From Orbicella franksi (Eukaryota), in contig OZ116708.1 in the NCBI GenBank assembly GCA_964199315.1, positions 5,704,001-5,768,000 on the forward strand: a stretch of 64,000 nucleotides of DNA, read 5' to 3'. Shown here piece after piece: positions 61,411 through 64,000 of this stretch. Within the stretch, counting starts at the first letter, position 1, and each line of letters opens with the position of its first letter. The notes under the pieces were generated by a model. The model searched no databases. It worked only from the letters and a program-made list of their open reading frames with translations, and was not told the origin of the DNA. A program made the translations under genes and the position numbers.

Positions 61411-63139
61411 GACTCGCATATTTACAATTTTCACAGAAATGGATATGCAGATTAAGTTAAAAATGCTTGATAATAGCAACAGCGCGAACCCACAGGTAGC
61501 CTGGGCTAATCTAGGCGGGCCACATCTATATTTATATTAAAATAAATAAATAAATAAATAAAAAATAAGATTAGATGAGAACACAAAGAAAAAACAACTT
61601 TGATTACATTGCAAATGAATACATCAAGGTTGTCAAATCTTAAACTACGGAGAAATATATAATGACATGGATGATAATGTACACAACTAAAACAGTAGTG
61701 AAAATAACGCCCGAAAAAAATTCATGTACACATTTGCTTTTGTCGTGTAGATAGACCATCCATGCCTTTATATTTAATTACGTTGCCGTTCATGGGCTAT
61801 AACACACGACATTTAGGCGCATAATTAATTGAATTTGCTAATACGCACGATGCATTTAAGATAGTAAAACCCCTCAAGGCCAGCACAAACGCATGCAACA
61901 TATCAACACAACATACTGTCGTCGCCCTGTCGGTCCCTGTTGCACCAACGAAGATTTTGCTTAATATGACAATTAAAGAGGGCAAACAGGCATGTAAAAG
62001 ATGTGCACAACAATGTCTGCCCTATGTTTCCTGCGTTTATCTGAGCTTTAGCGGCAATTGAGAAGTCCACAACAGCAATTTAATAAACGCTGGTAGAAAT
62101 TTCTTCGAGAAAAAAAAAAAGAACATTCTATTTAAATCTACCGTAAAGTGCCGAACGTAACGACCCTCGTAAAAGTTGGCGTGTTAAAGATTCCCGATAT
62201 TTTAACGTAGCGTAGTGCTGCCCCACAGTTTCTCCTCTATTGGTAAGACGCAGTGCAACTCACCCCCGTTAAAGTTACCTTTCGTTTATAGAAAAGACAA
62301 TTTCTGATTTACCTTGTGCTTCTATTTCAAACGACAAGTTCTCGTGCAAGACCTTTCAAATGAGTTTGATTTGCATGAAAATGAACCTGTAAGCTAAACA
62401 CATTTTCATATGAATGGTTTCGCACGAAGATTTGTCTTGACACAGAGGCACAAGGCAACTCGTGAATGGCTTATTGTGAGTGTTTTAGGGGCGGGGGAAG
62501 GGGGAAGAGGGTGAGAAGTTGTGAAACCGGGATTGAGAGCAGAGGAGAATTTGTGCTGTGGTGCATATTCTAGATTTTGAGGCAGTAGGCTTGACAAAAG
62601 TGGATATATTTTTTTTATACACTGTCGATCAACCAATCAGATCTAAGCTGTTTTGTCTCAAGGGTTAGTTACATATTATTTGCCCTATTGTTATGTTGAC
62701 AAACAGTATTGATGACAAGATATCTACAAGCAGAAAAGACTTCGTTGAAAAGGGAAACCCTAGCAAAGATCCAAACAATGCAAACAATGTAAACAATGTA
62801 GAATATGTCACTCCCATCCAGATAATACAAACAGGAAATAGAATTCGTGATCATCTTTATTGAAAAGCACAGCGCCACTTTCCTTACAACTACCACTGCT
62901 TTTTCACGAAAAGTTCTTGTACAAGACAATGGTGTGTTCAAATAACTCAGTTCTTCAAGGCAAACAAGAAAGCATTTTAGAGATTCCAGGTGTATATTGG
63001 TCACGCTTTGCTTCGCACGAACAACAAGTTGTCAGTCAAGCGGTGACCAGTTTGTCTGAGTCGAGCGGTCGGTGGTGTTTTTAGCACAAGCGTTGTGCTT
63101 TATTCAAGATACTATTGAATGGTTAGGATAAGGAAAGAA

Positions 63140-63194
63140 ATGAAAGCCTTCATTGTACTATGCTTCTCGCTTTGCCTTGTGGGAAGTAGTAAAG
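63140..63194 (+). CDS. Signal-peptide first exon F (MKAFIVLCFSLCLVGSSK-G)
   Basis: Paralog; the donor is weakened to G|GTGTCA by a small deletion. Confidence 0.55.
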
Positions 63195-64000
63195 GTGTCA
63201 TACTTTTTTCGCATGGTTGAAGTGCCTTGTTATGCAATCTCGAGATGTTCCAAAGATTGAATCCCTTTCCTTCTGAACTCTGTTCAGACACAGAGTAAGG
63301 TTTGGAGGAAGGTGTGATTGAAATTCATCCATCCTTATTTTGTAATGTTAAATGTGTTAAACGATGACAAACCTAAATTACTATTTGTCCTACGTTATGC
63401 TACGCAAGAGTGAGTGAGCCTGTCAGCATACTGTTCAACGTGTGTCTCAAGAAACATCTGCTTTGGTTTTTCAATACTTCTCTTTCATGTGGTGTAATTT
63501 TAATGCAAAACTGAACTAGTTTTCCACAACTTTCTGCAAACCTGTTTCAAAGCTTAGGTTAAACTGTAATTCAGTCCAGTGATACGCGATGGGACCTTGT
63601 CTCGTAATAAATTCTGAGGTTTATTTTCATATTGTTCGTGATACTTTTGCTTTCTCATAACCAGTGTCTGATTTCAAAAGTTTAATCATTTTTCTTGAAT
63701 ATTTTCTCCATAATAAACGTATAAGTTTACCGTACGTGCGTGTTTAGTTTCCGCAACGATAGCGAGAACGTGACCTTAAGACTCGGTCGAAAGAACACAA
63801 AGCAAAAACAACTTTGATTACATTGTAAATGAATATATCAAGGTTGTTAAATCTTAAACTGCGGAGAAAGATATAATGACATAAATGATAATGTACACAA
63901 CTAAAACAGTAGTGAAAATAACGCCCGACAAAAACTCATGTACTCTATTGCTTTAGCCGTGAAGATAGATCATTCATGCCTTTATATTTAATTACGTTGC

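Larger units (their letters stand above)
55835..64000. repeat. Start of segmental duplication unit 3 (three promoter/signal-exon blocks)
   Basis: 55.9-59.9 kb matches 0.5-5.9 kb without the IS3EU-like element; 60.2-64 kb matches 6.4-8.4 kb twice. Confidence 0.75.

Noticed and set aside
895-63004. Hydrophobic minus-strand ORFs (MTNIHLESLKCF..., ...CVDMLHAFVLAL...) resembling a decayed 7TM receptor
   Set aside because: Frames are not conserved between copies, no convincing GPCR motifs are present, and the spacing is inconsistent with one ORF. A translated profile search would be needed to revive the idea.

Overview
AT-rich eukaryotic genomic DNA with spliced genes. The repeat families and protein domains suggest a cnidarian, probably a stony coral (inference). 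The window is a tandem array of about three segmentally duplicated units (about 0.5-42 kb, 42-55.8 kb and 55.8 kb onward). On the + strand the two complete units carry cassettes of a secreted or surface protein: 55-nt signal-peptide first exons (6 copies in the window), Ser/Thr-rich mucin-like exons (4), uromodulin/GP2/OIT3-type D8C (D10C) exons (7) and sushi/CCP exons (4). All internal cassettes are phase 1-1, several are individually inactivated, and no terminal exon is visible. The D8C exons keep a near-identical framework but have three hypervariable segments, the main one a Tyr/Trp-rich loop, which suggests a diversified recognition or decoy repertoire. A two-exon gene for an uncharacterised domain with a cationic amphipathic tail lies on the - strand between units (one apparently intact copy, one deleted copy). 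The introns hold many mobile elements: a 5.3-kb non-autonomous Polinton/Maverick derivative (AGTAGT termini, 6-bp TSD) whose interior is a 3.4-kb fold-back palindrome centred on (CCA)n/(TGG)n, an IS3EU-like element, a Kolobok-like element, a hAT remnant with a 5-bp TSD, an R4/Dong-like LINE tail in (TAA)n, SINEs and MITEs. All calls were made by eye with no database searches.
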